Positions 12,014 through 25,694 of a stretch of 64,000 nucleotides of DNA are shown here, one piece after another. The first letter of the stretch is position 1. Every line of letters starts with the position of its first letter. Under the pieces are notes generated by a model that did no database searches, had not been told where the DNA came from, and worked only from the letters and a program-made list of their open reading frames with translations. This stretch comes from Octopus sinensis (Eukaryota): positions 3,472,001 through 3,536,000 of the forward strand of contig NC_043026.1 of NCBI RefSeq assembly GCF_006345805.1, given 5' to 3'. The translations under genes were made by a program, and so were the position numbers.

Positions 12014-15000
12014 TATTTGTTAACTAGTCGTTCAACTCCATTCTTTCATATACTTATAATTTTAAAATAAACATACAAATTTCCGCACGAAGACACGTAG
12101 TCTATGCCCTATGGACGTAGCTTCAACCGTGTTCTTTCTGATGTGAATTTGCTACCCAGGTATCGGTTATCTTTCGAATTATCCTTAATAAGATAATTCA
12201 TTCAATTACTCAAATATTCATATACAGCTTCGTCCAGATCCTGCTACCTTAACAGATACCGCAAATGGAGTTGTTCGAGATTAACGCATCCCTTAAGGAC
12301 ATACCAATACCACCAAAAGAAACCTTCCTTAAGGAAATTGTCAACAAAACAAATGCATTCATCAACCGAATTAGATGGCTCGCTTTCTTCCATGATAACG
12401 AGGACTTAAAACAGAACGGTACAGAAACATCTTCCAAATATAAGAAGCTATTCAAGTCGAGGGAGACACCGCCACCCAATCCCAGACTGAAGAAATTTGA
12501 GGACGACTTGTGGGACATTGTAAGGAGCGTTAAATTCCGTAAATCGCCCCTAAGGAATAAACACCTTAGATACCTCAACAAAATTACCAAAGATATAAAC
12601 AGCTCAGATGCTATCCTGGTCCAATCAGATAAAACCAGGAATACATACAAGCTAGCAAAAAATCAGTATTTAGAATTGCTCAAGAAGGAAATACAGAAGA
12701 ATTACAGAACTACGAATAAGGATACACTTAGAAAAGCCAACTTGGAAATTAAGAAAATCATGGTTACTCATGGTTTGCAAATGAAAACACAACCACTCAA
12801 CCCAAGGCAACCAAGATTCATCGTCAAGGACCATAAACCAAACTTCCAAACCAACCCAGCATTAAGGCTCATTTGCCCTTCTAGTTCCGACATCGGTTCC
12901 ATAAGTAAGTACATTTTACATAAATACATACCTAGATTAGTTAATAAGCTTAAACTCAACATATGGCCTAACTCCACTCAAATCGTAGAATGGTTCTCTT
13001 CCATTTCTATTAAAAATAGCACTAAATTCATTCAATTCGATATTTCCAATTTCTACCCTTTGATAAACCCCATCGTGCTCAATAAGGCCCTATGGCACGC
13101 ACATAACAAGGCAGGGCTGACAAGGGAGGAAATTAATATAATTCTAGCCGCTAGAAAATCCTTCATTCAATTCGATGATAAGTTATGGGTCCGTAAGGAT
13201 ACTCCCAACGCGTTCGATGTGCCAATGGGAAGCTCAGATAGCGCCCAGGTAGCCGATTTGGTCGGAATCTATATTCTATATGAATTAGCCGACCAATTCC
13301 CGGACATTTGCCGCGGTCTGTATCGAGACGATTGTCTTTTTTACCTACAGAATGCCCCTAACAGTAGGATACAGAGACTAAAAATAGATTAGTTAGATTT
13401 TCAGCAGGATGAGCATGAGCATAATTTTTGACAACGAACTAACTAAGGCCAATTTCTTAGATGTTACCCTAAATTTGCATAATAATCTTACTTCCCTTAC
13501 CATAAGCCGTCTACGAACCTAAAATATGTCAGTATTTTCAGTAACCATGCAAAAACTATCACCGATAATTTGGTTAAAAATATATCCTTAAGACTATCTA
13601 AGTTATCAGCAAATGTCAACATTTTTAAACAGAAAGCAGAATTTTATAATGCCGCCTTGTCAAAGGCCGGTTATAGGGATAAGGTATCATATATCGATCC
13701 GGCCCATCCTAAACTAAGATCTACCCATCAAGATAAGATAACTTCTAATAATAATATAAATAACATAAATAGTGATTTCAGCTCTAGCAACAGCGACACA
13801 AATATATTTTACAGGGGAGGCCAGCGTAAACCTAAACCTATTCTACAACACAGAAATATACCCTTTAATGTAAATGTCAACACTCTCAGCCATTCCAAGA
13901 ACAAAAAAAACTATATCTGGTTTGTGATTCCTTTCGGGAGACAAATCAGGTCCAATCTCCCTTTACAATTCCATGAAGCCGTTACTAAGAATTTTCCTAG
14001 GAATTCTAGATACTACTCCACTATAAATTCGCATAAAGTAAGAATAGCATTCTCAAATACTAAAAATTTTCGCAGATAATAGCTTCCCACAATAATAAGC
14101 TGCTAAATAGGGTCTCTCCACCCATGAGTAGCGACACCGCCCTTACCCATTCCAACGTAACATACATAATAAAATAATAATAGAAGTAGTATGGATATTA
14201 GCAACATTCATAGCAGCATTAGCGTCAGCAATAGTAATAATGAATAACATTAGCCAGATTATTAACAGTGGTGGTGTGTAGTGGTAATAGTACCAGCAGT
14301 CTTAATAACAGTTATATATTGATGATAACAATCACAGCATTCCTATAGCCAGGGAATTTGCCGACGATATTACGACTAATAGTAATGATAATAAGATTAA
14401 TAGTATCGTGGCCAAAGCCAGCAACAATTTTTATACCTATCACAACAATAAAAACACTGTCTTAGTATCGGAAACCAACCCCAACAGATTAAAGTTCTTA
14501 TCCAAAAATTCCAAAATTAGAAACACCACTTACCAATGCAAAATCTCTTCTGGAACTGATGTCTACTTCTATATTGGTGCAACCTCTTCTAAATTAGCCC
14601 AACGGATCTCCAACCATTATTCCACTTTCAGAGATAAGAGAAAGCAACACAGCACGGGGCTAAGCAAATTAGTCTGGCGTCTGAAGAACAATAACACTAC
14701 GTTCAAGCTCGAACGTCTATTTTGTCGGTGTCCTTCCCGTTTGATAAAGGCAGAAAATGTTGTGGCATCTGTAATTCCGAACTTTTTCATATTTTGTTCG
14801 CCAAAGGCCCTTTAATAAACACAATCGTCGAAAGATCCTACAGGTGTTTAAACTGGAAAAGACACACCTTTCACTCATATAAATAGTGACTAATATAGAT
14901 AACCCCTCGATTTCTAAAAAAAATTTTTCCTATATTTCACCCCAAAAGTCAAAAAGATTTTCTTATATTCCCAATTACTACTATCCATTCTTGCGTTGCC

Positions 15001-15442
15001 TCTCACCTCGCCCATTTCTTTCTCCCTTTTGCTATCTACTTTCCTTTCTCTACAGTAAACATAATTGAACACACAGACACAGATCTTTTATCTCACAGCT
15101 GTCAGTTTTCTGACATCTACCCATCCACAAACACAATCACGCATTCAGACACACACATACACACATTAAGACAGTTATATACAGTCACACACACAGGCAC
15201 TCATTCACAAAAGAAATCATTTAAACCCACCATTCTTTTGACCTGCACTCTCTCACCTTACTATTCTTATGCCTCCCTCCTCCTACTTCGTTTGAACTCT
15301 TGAACCTTTAGAAACTTCTAGATTCTTCTACATTCAGCCACTCTGACATCACTCATTATAAAGAGACACTCATTATCGCCATGGGCTCCTTGAGAGCGGT
15401 CAGCTAAAAGATTTTTGTGCATTTTGATTTGTCGACATAAGT

Positions 15443-15540
15443 TCCTTGATTTTCCTGATGAGAAATCTGCATAATGTACTCCTTATTCCTTCGGAATTAT
15501 TAGAAATATGCAGCCTTCGAAACATGTCAAGAATAAAGGA
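15443..15540 (+). ncRNA. Type I hammerhead ribozyme motif (3' pLTR copy, variant)
   Basis: Same core; stem III shortened to GAAAC-at-GTC and stem II altered. Confidence 0.65.
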
Positions 15541-15595
15541 TATTTGTTAACTAGTCGTTCAACTCCATTCTTTCATATACTTATATAATATATAT

Positions 15596-15650
<55 letters not shown>

Positions 15651-15819
15651 GTCTGATGGGCTCACTTAGTTTTCATCTGACAAGGTCCACTTACAAGGCC
15701 CGAGGTCAAAATAGAAGAAAATTGCCCTAGGTGCCATGCTGAAGGACTGAACACAGAACCCTCTGGTTGGAAAGCAAACTTCTTACCACACATGCCTATA
15801 CATTGTGGAGCACACAAAC

Positions 15820-15914
<95 letters not shown>

Positions 15915-16638
15915 CACACACACATATATGTGTTTATTATGGTAGTTTGACTTTAATAGTCCCTCGTTGTGTGAAGCATTTATGTATGGTAATGCCCTGA
16001 TATCTAAACATATATATATGTAAATGTTTGTTGTATAGCTAGAATGATGGATGTATATATATATCCATTCGTATGCTCCCAGTCATCTTCCCAAATACAT
16101 TCGTAAACTATGACAAGATATACTCTGACATGTGGGTTCCATTCCTTCTCTGCCGATTATATTCGTAGTCTCGTTATGTTGATTTGGGGGCATCAGTCTC
16201 ACAGATTTTACTTTAGAAATCCACCCCATACGTATTCAGTTAGTCTCTTGTACTGAAGCACAAACCAAATCTAGACGTATATTTTGGGAAGGGACCCTTT
16301 CTGAGGAAATATGCAATGCATTCATATAACTGTTGTTTCTAGCAAACTTTGTATTTAAGTTTGTGTCTGTAACTAGTTTTTTGTTGTTGTATTAATTTCA
16401 TTTTAATAATTAAATGCAAATTAATACCTAATTTAAAAATATAATTAAAAGCATGACATATAAAATGAAACTGAATGCAAGAGCTGCTAGTAATAGCAGC
16501 CAAATTTACAGAGAAAACAGCGCTATATTGTGTCAGGTAACGCCATACATAGTTATATACCTAGAGTTGTTCTTGTAGATAGAGAAAGAGAGAGGGAAAG
16601 AAGGACAAACAGAGACACATACACTCATACACTCTCAC

Positions 16639-16685
<47 letters not shown>

Positions 16686-17404
16686 TATATACCAGTGTAA
16701 GCACATAAATGTGAAGCAACGTGGAAGAAAGAGTGCTCAAATACCAGAGGTAGAGTTATACGCTTAATTAAAAGCTGCAGAAATATAACAAAAAATATAA
16801 CAGCTCTTGTCATATTTCTGATGCTTTTAAAGAAGTGTATATATATATGTGTGTGTGTGTGTGTGGTATCTGCTCTCTCTCAGTATCTATTCATCTCCCT
16901 CTCACACACACTCACTCTCTTTCGCTCTCTCTCCTATATATACACACATATATATATACAAATATATAGATAGATAGATACTGAGAGAGAGAGAGAGAGA
17001 GAGGCAGATACATACATACACTAACAAACGCACGAACACAAACAGGTGTGCTCATACACACACATAGACTCAGAAATACACACCCACACACATGCACACC
17101 ACACTCTGACATCATTTAGAAAATTCACAAGATTTGCCTTTGTTATGAAAGAAAAAAGGTTTTCCCAATAAATCCCCATAGAATCGGAATCTACACCATC
17201 TGAAGCATATTTGTAGGAAATTCCATGAAAAATATCCATTTTTCTGCAAGTTCTTAAGGTAGAAGCATATACATCATCAAGGAACCTTTATACACATGTA
17301 TATTTATATATACCTACTTATACACACATGTCTTTGCTATGTTTTTTTAAACACATAAAACTCATAGATGCATACTTTTATAATATTTTACACTTAAACC
17401 GCCA

Positions 17405-17780
17405 CAGGACAATATTTTTAGAGTTGCTTCTTAAAGTGTCCTTCACTTTTTTTATGAAAAACGATACAAATTTTAGAGTGTTTGGCTGTTATTCCTAGCA
17501 TGATGTTAGGCCATCTATAGGACAATATTTGACATGGATGCTTTGTAAATTGTCCTTCGATTTTTATTTGTGATGAAATAAAAATGTGAAGGCTTAGATG
17601 GTTCTTTCTTGCATGAAATGAGACCATATACAGGCCAATTTTATTTATAAAAGGTTCTTAGCTGTCCTTCAAATTTTATATGAAAAATAAAGTGGTTTCT
17701 ATTTCTAGCATGCAAAATGACCATCTATGGGAAAGCTTTTACTGAATGCTTCTTAAAGTGTCCTTCTCTTTTGTATGAAC
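17405..17780. repeat. Old degenerate tandem repeat, period ~113 bp
   Basis: tgtccttc at 17437, 17551, 17663, 17759; ggacaatattt recurs 114 bp apart. Confidence 0.55.
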
Positions 17781-17953
17781 CCCCAACAGCAACAACAATA
17801 ACAACCCTACGAGGATGAAAGGCAATGTTTGTGCGTGTGTGCAGTTGGAATGTCACTGCAACAACAACAACAACAACAATCTATTCTTATTAAACGTTAA
17901 AAACTGTCAGATGCAGACTGCACACACGCACACACAACGCTGATGACGACGAC

Positions 17954-17984
<31 letters not shown>

Positions 17985-18115
17985 GCGGCGGTGGTGGTCG
18001 TCTGCTGCTGTTGTTGTTGTTGTTGTTGTTGTTGTTGGTCGTCTGCCTTTTAATGGAGAATCAATGATTATGAAAGTCTCTGCTTTCGGACCAGACATTC
18101 CTATACATACATGCA

Positions 18116-18151
<36 letters not shown>

Positions 18152-18536
18152 AACATACATACTTATAGCCTTATTTCTATACATACATTCCTAAATATGT
18201 GTGTATATATATAAACACATGTACATATACTGTATATAAATATACACACACACACAAAGAGAGAGTATTGAGGAATGTTACAACGATAATTGTTAGTGTG
18301 TAGAATGCATGTATGCGATGCAGGTTCGATTCCAGGTGAAGCCATTACAACAAACAATAATAAGAAGAAGAAGATTGAAGTTTAATATTTCTGGAAATAT
18401 TTATTTGTCAAAATAAAAGAAAGCAAAAGATTGACGTCCAGGAATAATTCCAAAAACCATCAAGAATTGTCTGAAACATCCAAACCAAGAACTTCAAACA
18501 CTTCATTATCATCCAGTCTGAGAGTAAATATTTGGA

Positions 18537-21500
18537 TTATCTTTTAATCCAGGATTCATCATCTTCAGATGTTTCCTCTTCAATATGTTGAGGTATTTTG
18601 TAAATATTGTTTATTAAATCTGTTATATAAACACATTCACCAATTATGGTCAGACGAGGTCTTGGAATATAATATCCCCGAAAAGAAATTATTCCTCCTT
18701 CTATTCTTATTCTCCTCACCAAAGACTTTTCCCTGAACCATTCCACAAAACACAAATCTTCCCTCCATCCAGACCCCATCTTCTTCATCTCCCACCTCAC
18801 AACAACAACATCACCAAAAGATGTGACTCCCACACCATCCACCCCTTCTTCTCTCTCCATCCTTCCCGATCTCCTCATCTCCCCACGACACACTTCATCT
18901 TTACATTTCCCATCTTTGATATCAACCACATCCACATAATAAGGGTCAAAGATGTCGGGGTCTTTGCAAAGATAGTAATCCTTGTTGTTCTTCCATATTC
19001 TTTGGTATTTCTTGTCTCTCTCTTCTTGAGTTATGTCTCTAATAATGACCACCACACACGAGTTGATTGTCGTTGTATTTATAAATCCTGTTGTAGTATT
19101 TCTCAGTTCTGATGGTTTTAAACGACGGAGATCCCTGTTGAAGACCTCATTTCTCTCCCAAAGGGCGACATGAAACGTTCCTCTGTCCACCAACAATGTC
19201 CAGGGTGGTCGTTGTTGTTGTTCATGTTGAAGTATGTCACTGTTGTTGTTGTTGTTGTTCTGATTAATGTGACACTTTCTCGAAACATCAACACACATTC
19301 TCATCTAACTTAATTACTTTACTGTTCCGGTCCCTAATGTCCCAATAATCAAAATCAACAGGTTCCTCGAATGCAGGAATGGAAAAAGGGACCATTGCTG
19401 TCCTATATGGAAGTCTCCTCACTGATATTTCATCAATTCCTGAATTATTAATCTCCGCTATGTAATTCAAATCTCACCTTTAATCTACCTTTACCAATTA
19501 TTCACCTGATTTACCTCTTCTTCTTCCTCTCCATCTCCATCTCCTCCTCTGTATTCCAATTTATGAATTAATTCATTACTGAATATTCCTTGTTTGTTTC
19601 AGATGTAAGGAAGGGAAACGAAGACCAGAATCAAGATTTAATAACGACACAGATTCCAGAATGTTCACTTGGTCCCCATCAATCTTTATGCAATGACATT
19701 CAATCAATTCATTATGTACACACCAGTAAATACTCGCCACTTTTTCTCCCTAATACACCATAAGGGATGAGACTTGACCAAACTTGAGATGTCTGCAAAT
19801 CTTCTCCATTCAGTTGAAATATTTCTTTCTTTTAGGAACCGTGGCCATTATGTGTGATTCTTGTGATAAAACACACACCACCAACTAAACTTGCAACGTT
19901 CTGTGACATAGCAACTGCCCGTCTTCATCGAATATGTTAACATTTCCATTATTGGCTTTTTCAACACCAAACTGTCTTTCCTTCCTCAGAGACATCAAAA
20001 ATCTTTTACTTGAACAGGACATTCGTCTGTTTGTAAACGAGCAACCGGGAAGCTGTCTTGATTCACCATAAACAACCCTTCAACATACAATTCATTCCTC
20101 TATTCCCTCGTGGGGCTTCCAACAAACCTTGGTCTTTACAGTCTATACTGGAGAATTCTACTTTATCTTATAAAATCTTTTATTTAAAAATATTCTCTTG
20201 TATTCCCCATTCTGGGTCAAACACAAAATGTTTCGATATCCAGAGAAACCTAAATATTTCTCCCACCGACCATGAATGTACAAAAAACTGTCATCAATTG
20301 TCATCCTGTCATCACCACCAATATAACAATACATGTAGTGTCTGACTGAATGTAAATATTGACCACCACTGTTGAAGAAAATGATGAATCTTATGTTGAA
20401 GACAATGATGACATCTTCATCAGTAACTTTAATATCATGGATTCTATCAGAATAATTTCCATCTTCTCTTCTCTCTATTAATGGTTCAGGTATGTCTATT
20501 TTTTTTATTTCCTTCACACTCGAATGTATTTCATCAATATCAATAAAATGCAAATGTCTTCCATCTCTCCGTTTACTCAAAACCAGTTGATTGTTTGATA
20601 AAGAAGCCACACAATCATAATCATTTCTCGTTTGGTAAATTACCAACGACAATGGAAATTCCACTTTTAATATCAACAGTTGGTGTTTATCATCTAAATA
20701 ATCCCAATTCGTAATGACCAGTGTGTTTGACTGCCATCGACACATTTTAATATAATCATAAACATTCACTTTGATTGAATCCAAAAGCTGACCATCCAAT
20801 GTGAATATCTTAATGTTTCCATTCTTCTCATCCCATCCTGCAATCAGATTATTTTCAGTAAGAACCAAATGATTAATCTCCGCTGGTCCTTTGTCTCCCA
20901 AATATTTAGGGAGAGGAATATGTCTGGCTTTATCAGAAACTGTCAGGTCCTGTAGATATAAAGTGGAAGACAACATTTCACTGAGAGAAATGTTTCTGGA
21001 AAATACATCCACCAGGTCGATATAATAATTAAGTTGATTATAGTAACGAGATCATTAACCAACAAATTCTGATCGTTTATGGCAAACATACGGCTTCTGT
21101 CTATCAGATAAACAGACGTTTGGTCAATAGATCCACCTGGAGACTGAGGGGACGTTTCACTTGGGACATTAAAACACTGGGGACCATCTGACGACCGCCA
21201 TGACCACCACCACCTATTCTAGTCTGTTGTACTGAAAAGCTTTTCCCTAGTAACAATTAATAGCTTTTCTATTTTTGTCTATTGATAATGATTTCACAAA
21301 CACAGGGATATTTAATGTCTTAATTATTTCAACTTGATTATAATAATTGATGGCTAAAATGTCTAAATGTGATGGTTTATCACAATAACAAACAATTTCA
21401 CCTTCACCCATCTTACACACCCGTACATAAGGCTGCCTTAATGATACACTTCTCACTGTCTTTGATAGGTTTCGATGACCCTTAATTGTCTGTAGGGGTA

Positions 21501-23802
21501 TGTGACCCTATATGATTAGAATCCCATCGACATATATCTGTGGCTGTAGATGGCAGAGATAATCTGGACACAATGTCTCCTCCCTGAGAAATGTACAACA
21601 AGCAATCATGCTTGATGTCGGGACACCACCAACTGTCCATTGGACAGATTACATATTTCGCCAATGACAAGTTTTTGGTCTTTCTCCTTTTCTTTGAGTC
21701 GTAGATTTAGATTTCTGATATAAGGATTTTTAATGGGTAAACGACAGCCAGACGACCAGTCTTGATAGTCTTGATAATTGTAAAGAAGAACCCTGTTGAG
21801 TTGAGTGTCCGGGACATAAGAGTTCCTTGGAAAACAGCAATGTGAGGGTGAACAGGGAAAGGCAGTTCCCACTGCCATTTCATTTCGCCATATAGATCGT
21901 AACATCTGAGAATAGAGTGTCTCTTGAAGAGGACATAGAAATAAAACATTATCAGAGTAGATGTGATGAGGGTAGCCATAGAATGGAAGGAATTTTGAAA
22001 AAGTTCTTCACCACATGTGGAAAAATACCATTTTATTTCGTTTCCATCTACGACTACAAAATTAATTGGAGTTGCAGCAATGCTGACATTATGATGTCTG
22101 AGAGAAATTCTTTCTGCAATGTCAACTTTATCTTCGTTGATCCATAGGATATGGATCTCGCTTTTTTGTTTTCAGTGGTGGTCACAGCTAGACACTATTT
22201 GATATAATATGACATATTTTCATGTAACCAGTTTGCACCTTTATTAAAGGGCCTTTTCTTAGTTCAGGGGACAGTGATATACTGAAACTCTTTCATTTCA
22301 CGATAAAATACCAGGAATCTGTTTGCGTTTATTCTACAACAGAAAGAAGGAAGCTCAAGGAAACTAAATTACTCTGGTTAATTATTTCCCCGTTATCAGT
22401 GAAGTGAATAATTTAGCTTTCTTGTTTTGTAAATTATTAATATAGAAGATGTAGACATAGATAGAATATTTGTAATGTTGTAGCAATCCTCAATATCAAT
22501 ATAGTCTTTTAAACTGGCGGTATGTAGCTGGTGGTTGGTTGTGTATGACAGTTTGGGCCAAAAGTCTTTATTCATTTGAATACCATGTGGTTTGCCGCAA
22601 TAATCTGTTACACCAAAATGGTATCTTTACCAACAGAAATAGAATGGCATTTCTGCCAATGTCCCTCCTTGTTACACACCTTTAGCTGAAATCCTATAAA
22701 TTTTGTCCCTGGAGGACATAGAAATAATTTGGTACAGAGAGATTTTCTTGGGAGGTGCAGAGAATGGGTCTCTACCTCCCATACTGTTGGCCATCCAGTT
22801 GTAACAGATTACTCTGTTGATGCTGGCGAATGTAATTAAAGTATATTCTGGACCCCTACAGCCATATCTGTAGGTTTCTTGGTAATAAATTGATAGTTAA
22901 TGGTATTATCTCACAATCAAATTGGTAAACTGTCTTACCAACATTTCTACACCTATAAGTGTAGAATCTTCCAAGTAACTCACCATATGTAACCCCAACT
23001 GTATCCTTTTGATCTTGAAGGTTTTGGGGCTGATAATAAAATCATTTCTTGGAAGGGAGGGTTGCCAGAACCATGTCTTCACTGATCTGGTGAAACTGGT
23101 CACAGAAGATGGACAATGGACATCAATTCTGTCACTGTCTCTTGTTACTAAACTTATTGTCTTGCAATGGTGGGAATATGTCATCACTCCCTCCCCTATG
23201 ATGCACAATATTGGATATTCTTGGGATTTCTTCAAATTCTTCTCCAGATTCCTCAATATTTGCTTCTCTGGTCACAACTGGTTGAAGAGGCCGAAATTTT
23301 GTGATTATTTTGGTGCTTCAATGGTTTTGTGTTTGTCTTTAAACATCTGTCTTTAAATAGTTTTCCAGGAACAATTCTAGTTTTCCAAAAATTATAATTC
23401 TTGATTATAATTTTTTTTTAATGTCTTTCATCAGAATTTCTATTCTCTGTGTAAAATGTTTTAGAAAGTATTTTCATCCATCCCTATTCTTTAAAAAAGT
23501 ACATATTTCTTTCCGAGAATTTATAAACAAATCAATTTTGTCATCATAGGCATTGAATCTTGTATAAAGTATGTGTTTGTCCAAAATATTTCGTCTTCCA
23601 TTATTCCCAGTTTTTAGGGTCTCTTTATGTGTCTTTTGTTTTGTTGTTGGCTGAGATGAAGCTCGTTTCTCGGACATTTCTCTCCTTGAACCGTCATCTC
23701 TCTCATATTTACACTTTTATTGTCAACTCCTTCTTCATCCCATATTGGTGTTGAGTCCCTTAAAGCAGCTTTTCTGAAGGGTAGGTTTTGTTTGGTGTTC
23801 AT
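18537..23802 (-). pseudogene. Decayed intronless coiled-coil + tandem beta-propeller (TRIM-NHL-like) gene
   Basis: ORF pieces 23802-22906 (K/E/L-rich, coiled-coil-like), 21012-20158 (284 aa; NGNIKIFTLDGQLL), ~20000-19600 (NGNVNIFDEDGQLL with stops), 19470-18537; many stops and frameshifts. Fold call is by eye. Confidence 0.65.
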
Positions 23803-25655
23803 AGTAAATCTTGTAATGAAATAGGAAAATATTTAACTTTGTGAAAATATTAAAGTTTCAGGGAGATGATGTTTGCTTCATCATTTGAAAAACACAAACA
23901 AAACATTTATGTATTTCTGTCAGGGAATTAATGTTTGTCTAATTAATATTTAAACAACTTATTACAATCTATTCTAAGATGTATTAATAAGTTTCATTAA
24001 TTACATGGAGCCTAAATATTAGAATAATTATTTTCACTGGGAATGATATTTGCTCTCAACATCACAAAGAAATAGTCATGTGTGGCTAGATTTATTTAAC
24101 GATAATTAGTCAAAGAGATTCCCTGCTCCAAAAGCACTCAAAACGAGACACTCTAAGCTGTAGAGAAAATTAACTTTAATTGGTGTACATGCTATATTAT
24201 GTCTCCCACCACACAGCAATCATGTTCAAACTTCGTTAACATGGAACAATTAGCAAAAACATAGACTTTATTATGTTTCATAGACATTTGTCAGATACAA
24301 GACGACTGAACATTTTGCTAGTTAGATGGAATATAAGTATTACTAATGATTATATGCACTGGAAATGATGTGACAGTCATGGTTGGCTTGTTTCCATCAT
24401 ATTTACCTGGATTCACAGATACCAATAAAGCTGGAGATGAAAACTGTTCTTAACCTGACAAATGCTGTAAATCTCTCGACATTTCAATATAATCCACACA
24501 ATTATCATACCACATTGATTAACTGGGAAAGCTTATCCAAAGATGGGCTTTCATATAATCACACAATGATAGACAGCATGTTGAGAGGATCTTTATTATT
24601 TGTTGCTGATTGAGATCATAAAGATTGGTTAAGGAATAAGCCCAATTAATGAAGTTAGGTTCATCTTAATTATCTTTAATTAAGGGACAATGTTTGGGGG
24701 TAGCAATGAGAAAGGTTGTGTTTGTATGAAAAAGGGGTTTGGCAGTGAATGAAAGTGGTTTTGTTTTGTGTTAGGTGAGGAGTTATAACTTGGTGTAGTT
24801 TATTATGAAGCTATTGGGGGTTTAATGAGGTGGATTAGGAAATATTGGTGGGCTGTTAATGACATTCTGGTGACCCATCATCATCAGAATGATCCTCCAT
24901 CGCCTCCTTGGTCTATGAAATAATGACTGTTACTCTATTGACCCCAGGAGGAATGAAAAATAAAAGAGACCTTCTTCAGGATACACATACATATATATGT
25001 TTATATGAAAAGGAGTGGCTGAGTGTTGGGGAGAGACTCAGGTAGGTCCAGTAACATCCCTAGTTTCATTGGAAGAATGGTAAAGAGAAGAGATTTACTG
25101 CCAATCTTTATCATAGCAGTAAGATAGTAGAGTAAAAAGAAGAAGAGAGAGTGATTGAGAGATGAAAGGTAGAGGTGGGGGTGATAGGGGCGTGACAGTA
25201 GGGACTCAAGGTCCGAGAGTTGACACTTATCAAACTGGTTTTTGGAGGTCTGGGAATATACCTCCAAAGAACCAGTTTGATAAATGCTAATAAACAAAAC
25301 TTTCGGATCTTGGGTCATTTTGATACTTCTGCTAAATATTTATATATATATAAATCAAAATCAAAATCCAAGTCGATCAGCATCAATGGAAGTTGTAGCT
25401 GTGATACCAGTGCTGGCGGCACATAAAAAGCACCATCCGATCGTGGCCGTTTGGCAGCCTCGTCTGGCACCTGTATCGGTGGCACGTAAACAGCACCCAC
25501 TACACTCATGGAGTGGTTGGCATTAGGAAGGGCATCCAGCTGTAGAAACTTTGTCAGATCAGACTGGGCCTGGTGCAGCCTTCTGGCTTCCCACACCCCA
25601 GTTGAACCATCCAACCCATGCTAGCATGGAAAGCGGACGATAAATGATGATGATG

Positions 25656-25686
<31 letters not shown>

Positions 25687-25694
25687 ATATATAA

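Larger units (their letters stand above)
11231..15584 (+). mobile_element. Penelope-like retroelement (RT + GIY-YIG), near full length, with inverted 5' pLTR; possibly Naiad-like
   Basis: RT ORF 12265-13392 with GLYRDD; GIY-YIG region TTYQC...YIGAT...RISNH...LSKLVWRLK at 14408-14815 and frameshifted CCGICNSE...LIN...RC tail; pLTR 15044-15584; inverted copy 11231-11921; partial direct copy from 11923; (TA)n flanks. Stops and frameshifts present. Confidence 0.9.

Noticed and set aside
12265-15450. Selenocysteine/SECIS as reported for some Naiad PLEs
   Set aside because: No in-frame TGA at a conserved Cys and no convincing SECIS seen by eye; would need SECISearch on a consensus.
16080-17300. 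Possible exons in the unique-looking islands at ~16.1-16.3 kb and ~17.1-17.3 kb
   Set aside because: Open frames exist but no consistent acceptor/donor/phase combination or homology; unresolved.
18285-18344. tRNA-like fragment with ggttcgattcc B-box
   Set aside because: No complete cloverleaf can be folded; likely an old SINE head.
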